Assembly: GCA_003539625.1 (NCBI GenBank)
Contig: DPOU01000027.1
Span: 53,332 to 117,331 of the forward strand
DNA from: Acholeplasmatales bacterium
Lineage (GTDB): Bacteria; Bacillota_I; Bacilli_A; ML615J-28; CAG-313
Reading direction: 5' to 3'
DNA length: 64,000 nucleotides
This document shows, in pieces, positions 48,748 through 59,900 of this stretch. The position numbers and the translations under genes are program-made. Position 1 is the stretch's first letter. Each line of letters begins with the position of its first letter. Under the pieces are notes generated by a model. That model did no database searches. It saw nothing but the letters and a program-made list of their open reading frames with translations, and was not told the DNA's origin.

Positions 48748-50007
48748 ATGAAGTATTATTTTGTTGGTATTAAGGGGACTGGAATGAGTGCCCTTGCAAA
48801 ACTTTTAAAAGATCAAGGAAATGAAGTAGTAGGATCAGATGTTGTTGAACACTATTTTACAGAAGACTCTTTAATTGAAAAGGGAATAACAATAAAAAAT
48901 TTTGATGAAAATAATATAGATAGTGATTATTTTTATATAATTGGTAATGCTTTCAATGATGAAAATATTGAAGTGAAAACAATTAAGATTAATCAGTATC
49001 AATATATGTATTATCATGATTTCATTGGTAAAATGCTTAATAAAAAAACAATAGCTTGTTGTGGAACTCATGGTAAAACAACGACAACATATTTTTTAAC
49101 AAGAATGCTAGATAAAAAATGTAATTATATTATTGGTGATGGAGATGGCAAGGGTTACGATAATGAACTATTAGTTTTAGAAGCATGCGAATACAAAAAG
49201 CATTTTCTAAGTTATCACCCCGAACTTTTAATAATAAATAATATTGAATTAGATCATACTGATTTTTATAAATCAATCAAAGAGTTGATAAATGCTTTTC
49301 AGTTAGCCGCAAATAATTCTAAAATTATTTTAGCTAATGGTGACGATAAAAATGTAAATAAAATAAAACATAGTAATAAGATTACCTATGGTTTTAAAAA
49401 GAATAATGATATTGTTATAAAAATTTTAAGCACTACAACTAAAGGTTATTATATACAAGTAAAATATCAAGTCAATTATTATTTGCACGTACCTTATTTG
49501 GGTAAACACATGATATATAACTATGTTGCAAGTTATATGGCTCTAAAAATATTAGGATATATCCCAAAACAATTAACTAGTAATGATTTACCAAAAAGAA
49601 GATTAACTACAATAAATTATTATGATAATATATTAATAGATGATTATGCTCATCATCCAACCGAAATTGCTTCTCTTTATAATACCTTAAAGTTAAGTTA
49701 TCCAAATAGAAAAATAAATGTAATCTTTCAACCTCATACCTATGAAAGGACAATTCATTTTAAAAGGCAGTTTAAAAAAGTGTTAAAAGTTTTTGATAAA
49801 GTATATCTATTAGATGTTTTTACATCAAAAAGAGAAAAATATAATTTAAATATGCAAGATAAAATTGATAAATATTTCAAACATTTTAATAAAATAGAGG
49901 ATTTAAATGTTTCTAGAATTAAAGATTATGCGGAAATATGGGTGTTTTTGGGTGCAGGACTTGCCAACGAAATCCTTTTAAATCTTATTAATAAAGAAAA
50001 AATGTGA
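48748..50007 (+). CDS. murC: MurC/Mpl-type Mur ligase (UDP-N-acetylmuramate--L-alanine ligase-like)
   Basis: N-terminal YFVGIKGTGMSALAKLL and GTHGKTTTT P-loop. 419 aa. Noticeably AT-richer than its neighbours. Confidence 0.65.
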   Translation: MKYYFVGIKGTGMSALAKLLKDQGNEVVGSDVVEHYFTEDSLIEKGITIKNFDENNIDSDYFYIIGNAFNDENIEVKTIKINQYQYMYYHDFIGKMLNKKTIACCGTHGKTTTTYFLTRMLDKKCNYIIGDGDGKGYDNELLVLEACEYKKHFLSYHPELLIINNIELDHTDFYKSIKELINAFQLAANNSKIILANGDDKNVNKIKHSNKITYGFKKNNDIVIKILSTTTKGYYIQVKYQVNYYLHVPYLGKHMIYNYVASYMALKILGYIPKQLTSNDLPKRRLTTINYYDNILIDDYAHHPTEIASLYNTLKLSYPNRKINVIFQPHTYERTIHFKRQFKKVLKVFDKVYLLDVFTSKREKYNLNMQDKIDKYFKHFNKIEDLNVSRIKDYAEIWVFLGAGLANEILLNLINKEKM

Positions 50008-50106
50008 AAATTTTCATAAAATTTGCAAATTATCTTGCAAAAAAAATAAATTGTGATATAATATACGTGTAATTATGTAAAAAAATTCAGATGAAAGGGG
50101 TATACA

Positions 50107-51174
50107 ATGAAAAACGACAAACGCATGAGTCCTAATAAAATTTATGACGTTGCGGGGGCAGCTGGAGTTTCTTTAGCTACTGTTTCAAGAGTATTAAATC
50201 ACCCAGAAAAAGTAAAACCCGCAACACGTGAACGTATTGAGAAAATCATTAAAGAATTAGGTTATAAACCCAATTTAAATGCAAAAGGTTTAGCAAGCTC
50301 TAGATCAACTACTGTCGCAGTAGTAGTTCCCGAACTTACAAGAAGTTCAATTGCTGGAATGGTTGATGGTATTGCCGCAACCGCAGTTCGTAGAGGATAT
50401 TTACTTAGATTATTTGTTAACGATAGTAGTAAAGCAGAAGATCCTGTTCAACAAGAACGTGAATTATGGCGCACAGTCATTTCTTCAGGGGTAGATGGTA
50501 TTTTATATATCAACGATGAAATCGATAATGATTATTTAGAGATTATTAAAGAATCAAATGTTAGTGTAGTATTAACTAATACAGTTTGTAGCGATTCGGA
50601 AATACCTCACGTTGCTATTGATTATCGTAAAGCAGCTTATGAAATGACAAAAGAAATGATTAAACGTGGTAACAAAAATATTTGGATTATATCAACAATA
50701 AAAAAATATGCGGTTAATGATTTGAAAGTTCAAGGATATGAAGAAGCAATGATTGAGGCAGGGTTAGAACCTAGAGTAATTAATGTATCGGGTAAAACCT
50801 ATTTAAACGAAGTATCATATAAAGAAATACTTGAAAAAGAACATCCTGATGTAGCTATTGTAGTTCGTGATTCAATGGCTGTTTCATTTATCAATGTTGC
50901 TAGAAATTTACATATTTCTATACCATATGAATTACAAGTAATTGGTTTTCAAAACACTAAATATGCCGAATTATCAAGACCAACATTAACATGTATTAAT
51001 ACACCTATTTATGAAATTGGTGAAGTTGCAATGGACTTATTAACTGATTTAATGCATCAAGCAGAGTTAGAAGATGAATACTATGATGATGAATTAGAGA
51101 AAGTTGAGGATAAAGATATTGAGATCAATAAAGATGTTGACTATAGTATAGTATGGCGTCAATCAACAAAATAG
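50107..51174 (+). CDS. LacI family transcriptional regulator
   Basis: HTH IYDVAGAAGVSLATVSRVLN plus a periplasmic-binding-protein-like domain. Acidic C-terminal tail. Confidence 0.8.
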   Translation: MKNDKRMSPNKIYDVAGAAGVSLATVSRVLNHPEKVKPATRERIEKIIKELGYKPNLNAKGLASSRSTTVAVVVPELTRSSIAGMVDGIAATAVRRGYLLRLFVNDSSKAEDPVQQERELWRTVISSGVDGILYINDEIDNDYLEIIKESNVSVVLTNTVCSDSEIPHVAIDYRKAAYEMTKEMIKRGNKNIWIISTIKKYAVNDLKVQGYEEAMIEAGLEPRVINVSGKTYLNEVSYKEILEKEHPDVAIVVRDSMAVSFINVARNLHISIPYELQVIGFQNTKYAELSRPTLTCINTPIYEIGEVAMDLLTDLMHQAELEDEYYDDELEKVEDKDIEINKDVDYSIVWRQSTK

Positions 51175-51189
51175 AAGGAATAAAATCCT

Positions 51190-51405
51190 AGTAGGTTATT
51201 TTATGGCAATGTAGAGAGTTATCCGGTTGTTGAAAGGATAAACAAGTAAATAACTGAAGTACCTACATATCAAACGTATTCGTTTGACCATATTTCGCGA
51301 GTGTAAAAGAATTATCTTTTAAATTAAGGTGGTACCGCGGAACTAAAAGTTTCGTCCTTAAGCAATTAGTAGTAATATTACTAATTACTTAGGGACTTTT
51401 TTTAT
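51190..51405 (+). promoter_or_regulatory. T-box riboswitch leader (tyrosine specifier UAC) with terminator
   Basis: AGAGA box at 51212. Specifier region gaaGUACCUACau. T-box sequence aattaaggtggtaccgcgg at 51322-51340. Terminator hairpin followed by a T7 run ending about 51403. Confidence 0.8.
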
Positions 51406-51435
51406 TAACTAATTAAAAAGGAAGAAGGAAAAAAT

Positions 51436-52668
51436 ATGACATTATTTGAAGAATTAAAATGGCGTGGATTAATCCACAATATTACTGATGAAGCAGTAAT
51501 AGATAAAATTAATAAAGGTGGTTTAACTTTCTATGTTGGAACTGACCCAACTGGTGATAGTCTTCACGTAGGGCATCTTTTAGTATTTATTTTTGCTAAG
51601 AGATTAGAACAAGCAGGACATCATCCACTAATATTAATTGGTGGGGCAACAGGATGCATTGGTGATCCTAAACCTACCGCTGAAAGAAAATTATTAACAA
51701 AAGAACAAACTGATCACAATGCAAAATGCTTATATGAACAAGCTAAACGTTTATTTAATTGTGAAATGGTTAATAACTATGATTGGACTCACAATATCGA
51801 TATTTTAACTTTCTTAAGAACATATGGAAAATTCTTTAATGTAAATTACATGATTAATAAAGAAACGGTAAAATCTCGTTTAGATAGTGGTATATCTTAC
51901 ACAGAATTTTCTTACCAAATACTACAAGCACTTGATTTTGAACATCTATTTAAAACAAAAAATTGTCAATTACAAATAGGTGGACAAGATCAATGGGGAA
52001 ATATCACTTCTGGCCTTGAATTAATAAGAAAATTGCATGGTACAGAAGCAGAGGCTTATGGTCTTACAATTCCACTATTTACTAAAAGTGATGGAACAAA
52101 ATTTGGTAAAACCGAAGGCGGTGCTATTTGGCTAGATGCAACTAAAACTACACCATATGCATTTTACCAATTTTGGATAAATACACCAGATAATGATGTA
52201 ATTCGTGAATTAAAACAATTTACCTTCTTAACAAAGGAAGAAATTGAAGAAATTGAAGAATCATTTAAAAATGAACCACATTTAAGAAAAGCTCAAAAAG
52301 CTTTAGCAAAAGCTATGACTACTATGATTCACGGAGAAAAAGCTTATGAACAAGCTGTAAAACTAAGTGAAGCATTATTTAGTGGTAAGATTTCTGAATT
52401 AACTAAAGAAGAAATTGAAGTTGGTTTTGAAGGTGTTCCTCAAGTTGAAATTAATGAAGATTTAGGCTTAATTGATGCTTTGGTGTTAGTAAAAGCCGCT
52501 TCTTCAAAACGTGAAGCTCGTGACTTTATACAAGGTGGCGGTGTATTAGTAAATGGCGTACAAGAAAAATCATTGGATGCAGTGGTATCAAAAGAAAAAG
52601 CTATTGGTTCTACATACACAGTAATCCGTAGGGGAAAAAAGAATTATTATGTAATTAAACATAACTAG
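51436..52668 (+). CDS. tyrS: Tyrosyl-tRNA synthetase
   Basis: HVGHL (HIGH) and KFGKT (KMSKS) motifs. C-terminal S4 domain. 410 aa. Confidence 0.95.
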   Translation: MTLFEELKWRGLIHNITDEAVIDKINKGGLTFYVGTDPTGDSLHVGHLLVFIFAKRLEQAGHHPLILIGGATGCIGDPKPTAERKLLTKEQTDHNAKCLYEQAKRLFNCEMVNNYDWTHNIDILTFLRTYGKFFNVNYMINKETVKSRLDSGISYTEFSYQILQALDFEHLFKTKNCQLQIGGQDQWGNITSGLELIRKLHGTEAEAYGLTIPLFTKSDGTKFGKTEGGAIWLDATKTTPYAFYQFWINTPDNDVIRELKQFTFLTKEEIEEIEESFKNEPHLRKAQKALAKAMTTMIHGEKAYEQAVKLSEALFSGKISELTKEEIEVGFEGVPQVEINEDLGLIDALVLVKAASSKREARDFIQGGGVLVNGVQEKSLDAVVSKEKAIGSTYTVIRRGKKNYYVIKHN

Positions 52669-52675
52669 GTGTATT

Positions 52676-53749
52676 ATGGAAGTAATTGAAAAACTTAATC
52701 AATTGATTGAAGAAGAAATTGCTAGGGGCGCTTTTCCTGGAGCCAACTATGCAATAGTATTTAAAGATAGCATTTATTATGGTAGTTTAGGCAATAAACG
52801 CTTACTTCCAAATCATGAAATTAATTCACTTGATACAATATATGATATGGCATCTTTATCTAAAGTAGTTTCAACAACTTCATGTATTATGAAACTGCTA
52901 GAACTTGGAAAACTTAGATTATTTACAAAAGTTAAAACTTATATTCCTGAATTCAGACACCCTAATGTTTCAATATGGCATTTGATAACACATACTTCGG
53001 GACTACCAGAAGGCTTAAGAAATATTTTAAGTTATCATAACAAGAAAGAAATAATTGACGCAATATGTCAAAGTGATTTGGTTTATGAGCCAGGAACAAA
53101 AATTAGTTATTCTGATTTAGGTTTTATAATGCTTGGAGAAATAGTTGAAAAAGTCTCTGGAATGCCCCTTAATGAATTTGCGGAAAAATACATTTTCAAA
53201 CCACTAGATATGAATGATACAGGTTACAATCCTAAAGATATTAACAGATGTGCACCAACAGAAGAACGTCATGATGTCATTTTAGATGGTATTGTGCAAG
53301 GTAAAGTACACGATGAAACTTCATACTTAATGGGTGGTGTGGCAGGACATGCTGGATTATTTTCAACAGTTTTAGATGTTTCACATTTTGTGCAAATGAT
53401 TTTAAATGAAGGCGTATATGAAGGTAATAGAGTATTTGAAAAAAATACGATAGATAGATTATTTGTGCCAGAAGTAACCCAAAAAACTGGTGTTATGGTA
53501 GATGAAGTAACAAGAGGACTTGGTTGGGTAATAGCAAGTCAAGCTGGTCCTAATGGTGATTTAACAAGCAAAGATACTATTCATCATACTGGTTTTACTG
53601 GTACAAGCATATGGATTGATAGACAAAACGAAATTGGTTTTTGTTTATTGACAAATAGAGTTCATCCAACTCGTGCTAATATTTCACATATGGACGCAAG
53701 AGGAAGAATTTCTAATTTTATAATGAGTAATTTTCAAAAATTAAAATAA
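52676..53749 (+). CDS. Beta-lactamase-fold serine hydrolase (class C / esterase / PBP4*-like)
   Basis: ASLSKV (SxxK), YSD (YxN-like) and HTG (KTG-like) motifs. Confidence 0.7.
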   Translation: MEVIEKLNQLIEEEIARGAFPGANYAIVFKDSIYYGSLGNKRLLPNHEINSLDTIYDMASLSKVVSTTSCIMKLLELGKLRLFTKVKTYIPEFRHPNVSIWHLITHTSGLPEGLRNILSYHNKKEIIDAICQSDLVYEPGTKISYSDLGFIMLGEIVEKVSGMPLNEFAEKYIFKPLDMNDTGYNPKDINRCAPTEERHDVILDGIVQGKVHDETSYLMGGVAGHAGLFSTVLDVSHFVQMILNEGVYEGNRVFEKNTIDRLFVPEVTQKTGVMVDEVTRGLGWVIASQAGPNGDLTSKDTIHHTGFTGTSIWIDRQNEIGFCLLTNRVHPTRANISHMDARGRISNFIMSNFQKLK

Positions 53750-53759
53750 GGAGTATACT

Positions 53760-54443
53760 ATGGGAAAAACAATTTTAGCTATTGGTGGTCACATTGGTGA
53801 CATGGAATTAACTGCAGGTGGTGTAATGGCTACCAACGCTTTAAATGGTGGTAAAAATATTACTCTTGCTTTAACCGCAGGTGAAAGAGGAAACCCAAAA
53901 CATTTAACAGTGGAAGAATATCGCAAACAAAAGATTGAAGAAGCAACAAGGTTTATGAAAATGATGAATGGTGAAGCGATAGTACTAGAGTATCGTGATG
54001 GAGAATTACCAAATGATGAGAAAGTAAGACGTGAAGTTGCGGAAATAATCGCAAAACATAAACCAGATATCATCATAACACATTGGCATTCTAGAATGCA
54101 TAAAGACCATAATGCAACTCATTATATCGTACAAGATGCTCAATTTATTGCTAGTGTAGTTGGCACAAAAGAAGGAAGACATTATGCACCCGTTTACTTT
54201 GCTGAAAACTGGGAAGATGATCATGATTTCGATCCATATATTTATGTGGATATCACAAAAGGTTTTGACCTTTGGTGTAAAGCATTACACGAACACTGGT
54301 TTATAATGAATAGTAGTGATTTTAAATATTATGATTATTACACATCACTTGCAAGATGCAAAGGTGCGCTTGCTAAAAAAATGTATGCTGAATGTTTCAA
54401 CATACATGAATATCAAAAAAAGGTAGTTAAAGACGAATTATAA
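53760..54443 (+). CDS. LmbE/PIG-L family deacetylase-like protein with a variant metal-binding motif
   Basis: ILAIGGHIGDMELTAGG (compare AHPDDxE) and C-terminal HKDHNATH. Confidence 0.5.
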   Translation: MGKTILAIGGHIGDMELTAGGVMATNALNGGKNITLALTAGERGNPKHLTVEEYRKQKIEEATRFMKMMNGEAIVLEYRDGELPNDEKVRREVAEIIAKHKPDIIITHWHSRMHKDHNATHYIVQDAQFIASVVGTKEGRHYAPVYFAENWEDDHDFDPYIYVDITKGFDLWCKALHEHWFIMNSSDFKYYDYYTSLARCKGALAKKMYAECFNIHEYQKKVVKDEL

Positions 54444-54533
54444 AAATATTGCAATAAATACTAACAATATGTTTGACTATTTTTGAGATAATTGATATAA
54501 TTTTAGATACAAATTTTTAAACTAATAAAGGAG

Positions 54534-55613
54534 TTGAAAACAAATATGGATCCACTGGTCCCGTTGTCGTATGTTAACCAATTAGCTAATACGACAGTAA
54601 ATTATGGATTAATTGGTGTAATAGTAATTCTTGTATTTTCGGGCGCGTTTTTCTCTGGTGTTGAAACTGCACTAACTTGTTGTAACCGTGCTAGAATGAA
54701 AACTAAGGCTGATGATGGTTACAAAAGTGCCAAATTAGTTACAAGGATTTTAAATAAATATGATCAATCATTGATTACAATTTTAATTGGAAATAACGTT
54801 TTAAGAATTGCATCTGCTTCAATTGCTTCAATTTTAGCAACTCAATTACTACCAGGGAATGCAACTCTAGCAGATACTTTAGCTACAGTAATAATGACGC
54901 TAATTGTTTTCATGTTTGGTGAAGTAATTCCTAAAAACTTTTGTAAAGCAAATGCAGATAGAATGGTACAAATATTAATATATCCATTATATTTTGCCTA
55001 TATTGTAACATATCCTATTATGCAAATATTTAATTTCATTCTTTGGATATTTAAGAAAATATTTAAAATGAAAAATGAAGAAAATGCTTTAAGTGAAGAT
55101 GAATTCCAAGGGTTAGTCGAAGTGGTTGAAGATGAAGGAGTAATTGATGGCGAAGAAAGTGATATAATTCAAGCAGCTGTTGAGTTCAACGACATTACAG
55201 TAAAATCAGTAATGACACCAAAAGAAAAAATTGTTGCACTTGAGTATAAAGACTTATCAAAAGAGCAACTTATCAAAAGAATTGACGAAATTACATTTAC
55301 AAGAATACCGGTATATCGTGGAAGTATTGATAATATAATTGGTATTTTTAATATAAGAAAATTTCTTAAAACGGTGATGACATCAAAGAAACCACCAATT
55401 AAACAATCAATGAGTGAAGTAATTATCGTAAAAGATAGTGCTCCTTTAGATGATATGGTAGACTTATTCAAAGCTAAAAAGAGCCACTTAGCACTTGTTC
55501 ATAATGAAAATGATGAATTAGTTGGCTTAGTTACTATGGAAGATGTATTAGAAGAATTGGTTGGAGAAAGCCAAAAAGAAAACAAACAAGCACAACAAGG
55601 AGGTAAAAAATAA
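54534..55613 (+). CDS. HlyC/CorC (CNNM) family transporter, DUF21 plus CBS pair
   Basis: Four N-terminal TM helices (DUF21), a CBS pair, and TMEDVLEELVGE. Confidence 0.75.
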   Translation: MKTNMDPLVPLSYVNQLANTTVNYGLIGVIVILVFSGAFFSGVETALTCCNRARMKTKADDGYKSAKLVTRILNKYDQSLITILIGNNVLRIASASIASILATQLLPGNATLADTLATVIMTLIVFMFGEVIPKNFCKANADRMVQILIYPLYFAYIVTYPIMQIFNFILWIFKKIFKMKNEENALSEDEFQGLVEVVEDEGVIDGEESDIIQAAVEFNDITVKSVMTPKEKIVALEYKDLSKEQLIKRIDEITFTRIPVYRGSIDNIIGIFNIRKFLKTVMTSKKPPIKQSMSEVIIVKDSAPLDDMVDLFKAKKSHLALVHNENDELVGLVTMEDVLEELVGESQKENKQAQQGGKK

Positions 55614-56899
55614 TGACTCCTATTGTGAAAATAATATTAACAGTTTTAATCGTTGTATGTGTGCTTCTTTCAGGATTTTTCTCAGCCAGTGAAATAGTTT
55701 ACTCTGGTGTAAGTAAAATAAAATTAAAGAAGAAGGTTGAAGAAGGCTCAAAGAAAGCTAAAGCAGCCTCAAAAATATCAGATAATTTTACTGATGCTTT
55801 ATCAACAATATTAGTTGGTAACAACTTAGTTAACATATTGACATCAGTTGTATCTACTAGACTTGCAATAGAAATTTGGAATGAAGAAATAGGTCCTACA
55901 ATGGCCGTAATTCTATCAACAATTATTGTTTTAATTTTTGGTGAAATCGTTCCAAAGGCAGTAGGCAATAGATATAATTACAATTTATCAATGATGTTTG
56001 CTAGTCTTTTTAATTTCTTTAGAATAATCTTTTTCCCAATAACTTTTGTTGTAACAAAGTTTGTATCACTTCTTGCAAAGATATGGACTCCCAAAGAAAA
56101 GGAACCTACAGCAACCGATGAAGAATTGATTGTACTTGCTGAAGAAATGGAAGAAGAGGGCGTAATCGATGAAGATGATGCAGAGTTAATTATTTCCGCA
56201 ATCGACTTCTGTGATGTTACTGCTCATGAAATTATGGTACCAAGAGTAGATGTATTTGCAATTGACATTGATGATGATCAAAAAGAAATTCTTTCTAATG
56301 AAGAAATTTTTAGATATTCTAGAGTACCTGTTTATGAAGACACAATCGATAATGTAATTGGTATATTGAATACTGTTGAATTGATGAAAAAAATTCTAAA
56401 AGGTGAAAAAATAAACTTAAGAAGTTTATTATCTGAACCAATATATGTTCATAAGACAAAACCAATTTCAACTATATTAACCGAATTCAAAAAAGGCGGA
56501 CAACATCTCGCCATAGTTTTAGATGAATTTGGCGGATTCATGGGAATTGTAACGATGGAAGACATTGTTGAAGAATTAGTTGGTGATATTTTTGATGAAA
56601 TGGACGAAGTTGTTGAAGACTATACGGTAGTTGGCGAAAATGAGTACATTGTTGATGGTGATATGAACATTTACGATTTCTTTGATTTGGTCGAATATGA
56701 TGATCGTGACTTTGATTCAGAATATACGACAATAGGTGGATGGTGTACCGATATTTTAGGTCACTTCCCTCAAGTTGGTGATACTTTCAACTATGCTAAT
56801 TTTGATGTAACAATTATTGAAATTGACAAAATGCGTGTAGAAAAAGTAAAAGTTGTTGTTCATAAAGAAATAGACGAAGATAAAGAAAGTGAAGATTAA
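55613..56899 (+). CDS. HlyC/CorC (CNNM) family transporter with C-terminal CorC_HlyC domain
   Basis: DUF21 plus CBS pair (TMEDIVEELVGDIFDE) plus a transporter-associated C-terminal domain. Start overlaps the upstream stop. Confidence 0.8.
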   Translation: MTPIVKIILTVLIVVCVLLSGFFSASEIVYSGVSKIKLKKKVEEGSKKAKAASKISDNFTDALSTILVGNNLVNILTSVVSTRLAIEIWNEEIGPTMAVILSTIIVLIFGEIVPKAVGNRYNYNLSMMFASLFNFFRIIFFPITFVVTKFVSLLAKIWTPKEKEPTATDEELIVLAEEMEEEGVIDEDDAELIISAIDFCDVTAHEIMVPRVDVFAIDIDDDQKEILSNEEIFRYSRVPVYEDTIDNVIGILNTVELMKKILKGEKINLRSLLSEPIYVHKTKPISTILTEFKKGGQHLAIVLDEFGGFMGIVTMEDIVEELVGDIFDEMDEVVEDYTVVGENEYIVDGDMNIYDFFDLVEYDDRDFDSEYTTIGGWCTDILGHFPQVGDTFNYANFDVTIIEIDKMRVEKVKVVVHKEIDEDKESED

Positions 56900-56999
56900 C
56901 TGAAATTCTCTAAGAAGTTTTAGGCTTCTTAGAGAGTTTTTTTAAAGAAATTACATCGACTATCTCTTGAAAATAACAAAAAATATTGATATAATATAA

Positions 57000-59900
57000 G
57001 TGTATAAGAAGGAGGCATACATGAAAAAGACGTTAAGTTATATTGGATTGATTTTAATACTAATTTTAGGATTAACATCATGTGTAAAAAAAGAGGATGA
57101 AAATTATGCAAATCAAACAAAAGCTAACACGGTTATTACAGAAATAAATCAGCTCCCTACAACCGATGCAATTGAATTAACTTATGAAGTCAAAGTAGCA
57201 AATGTAAGATCACTATACAATGCTTTATCAAAAGAAGCAAAGGCTCTTGTAACTAATTTAGATAAATTAGAAGCATTAGAAAATAAACTAATTGAATTAA
57301 AAAAGGCTAAAGATAATCAAGATAAAGCGAATGTAGTAATTGAATTGATTAATAAATTACCTGCTGCAGATGAATTAACTTTAGAAGGTGAAGATAAAGT
57401 AAAAGAAGCAAGAACTTCATATGAAGCATTATCAGAGGAAGTTAAAGCTCTTGTAACTAATTTAAGTAAAATAGAAGCATTAGAAAATAAACTAATTGAA
57501 TTAAAAAAGGCTGAAGATAATCAAGATAAAGCAAATGTAGTAATTGAATTGATTAATAAATTACCTGCTGCAAATGAATTAACTTTAGAAGATGAAGATA
57601 AAGTAAAAGAAGCAAGAACTGCATATGAAGCATTATCAGAGGAAGTTAAAGCTCTTGTAACTAATTTGGGCAAATTAGAAGCATTAGAAGATAAAATGAA
57701 AGAGTTAATTGAAGATAAAAAACTTCATGATGAAGCAACTATGGTAGTAGTAGCAATCGATAATTTACCTAATGTAGAACTTATAACTTTGGATGCAGAA
57801 AGTGCTATCGTAAACGCAAGAAACGCTTATAATTCTTTAGCTCCTAAAGCAAAAGCATTAGTAACTAATTTAAATAAATTAATTGCTTTAGAGAATAAAA
57901 TAAAGGAATTAAAAGAAGCTAAAGAAAATCAAACAAAAGCAGATGCAATAATTAATTTAATTGATAAATTACCTGCTTTAGATAAATTAACTCTTGATGA
58001 TGAAGAAGAAGTCGTAAAGGTAAGAAATGCTTATAATGCGTTAGATGAAAAAGTAAAAAATCTTGTTTCTAATCTAGATAAACTAATAGCTGCAGAAAAT
58101 AAACTTGAAGAATTAAAATCTTCATTAACTTCATATGAAGTAATATTATATCCTAATGAGGGTAGAATTGAAGGTTTAAGTAAAGGTTCATCTCCTAAAC
58201 TTAATTATCAATTTACTTTAAATTATTATAGTACTGGTTTCTTCGCTGTTTATAAAACAGATGTAGTAGTTATGAAAACAAGTTTGATAAAAGAGACGGA
58301 TTCTTATACTTATGCATTAAAAATTGGATTCAGTTTTGATAGTTCTAAAAATGCCTATGTAGTTAATCAAATAATCAAAAGTGGTACAGGATTAACTTCA
58401 GAAAGTAAAACTGCCGAATATTATATTTTGGTTCATAGTGATAATGCAACTGCTTATCAAGAATTAAGTTCAATTGAATTAGGTGATGTAATATATTCTA
58501 ATAAAGATTTTCCAAATGAAGCAAATCAATCATTTGATGCAAATATTACAATTTATGATGCAACTGAAGTTGATGAAGCCGAATATTATGTAGTAAGTTA
58601 TAAAGGCCTAATGGCTCTTCCTGTCCCAGTAAAAACAGGATATGCCTTCCAAGGTTGGTATGATAATGAGGAATGTATTGGTGAAGCTATCACTAGTGTT
58701 TCTTCTGCTAAAACTTTATACGCTAAATGGATTGTTGACCAAACACAAATCGATCCAAATGATGTTTTAAGTTGTATCAGTGATGTTGCAACGTCAAATA
58801 CTGTTGATAATTTAATAACTAAAATTGATGATGTTACTTATTCATGGAGTAGTTCAAATCCTAATCTATACGTGATAGAAAATGGTAAAGGAACGGTATC
58901 AAAGGTATATCAAACTCACAAAACACAAGAAGTAACTATTACCGCAACAGGAAAGAATCTTGATGGTACTACATTTACAAAATCAAAGAAAATCACAGTA
59001 AATCCGGTTTTATATGATGAATTACCAAATACTCCAGTTGCTACATACTTCTCTACTTCAGCAATGTATGCCTACAAGCAATACAATGAAAGATATAAAG
59101 CAAGTAAGACAATCTTTTCAGAAAATACTAAAAAAATATTAAATATAATTTATTATTCTTTTGCGGTAATCGATTCAGAAGGAAATTGCACAGTATCTGA
59201 TACAAGCTATTTAGACGAAGTAAGAGCTCTTAAAGCAAATAATACTCGTATTATTATTAGTATAAACGGCGTAAGTGCAGAGGCATGTAAGAATTTTGCG
59301 GACATAACAGGTGATGCTGCAAAGCGTGCAAACTTTGTTAATAATTTGATGAATATGGTTGAAAAATACAATTTTGATGGTATTGACATTGACTGGGAAA
59401 CTGTATCATCAACCAACAAAGTAGTTTCAACAAGTTTAAATGCTTTAATGAAGGAATTAAGAGCAGAAATGACAAAACGCCAAGCAGAAAATGGTACACC
59501 TTATTTCTTAAGTGCTGCTGTTCCTGCAAGCACTTGGGGTACTGCATCTGATCGTTTTGACTTCAAGACTTTAAATAACTATGTTGATTATATTAATTTA
59601 ATGTCATATGATTTAAATAATGGTCAAAAAACAAGTCATTTATCTCCATTATATTCTTCATCAAATGATGGTGGTTACGGATTTGGATGTGCATGGGGCG
59701 TTGAAAGATTAGTTAGTTTAGGACTATCAAGAAATAAAGTAATTATTGGTTCAGCAGGCTATGGTAAAGCATATAGAGTTACAGGGACATCTACCAATAC
59801 AACTTATCCATCATTAGGTGTTAGTGGTACTTTAACAGCAATTTCTGGTATACCTGGATCTTTCGCATCAGGAACTGTGTTTGGTAATGGTATTAAAGCA

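Noticed and set aside
57110-58110. Repeat array considered as a possible CRISPR-like or noncoding repeat
   Set aside because: The repeats are 204 bp, in-frame coding units of a lipoprotein with no spacer/repeat alternation. No CRISPR array was found anywhere in the window.
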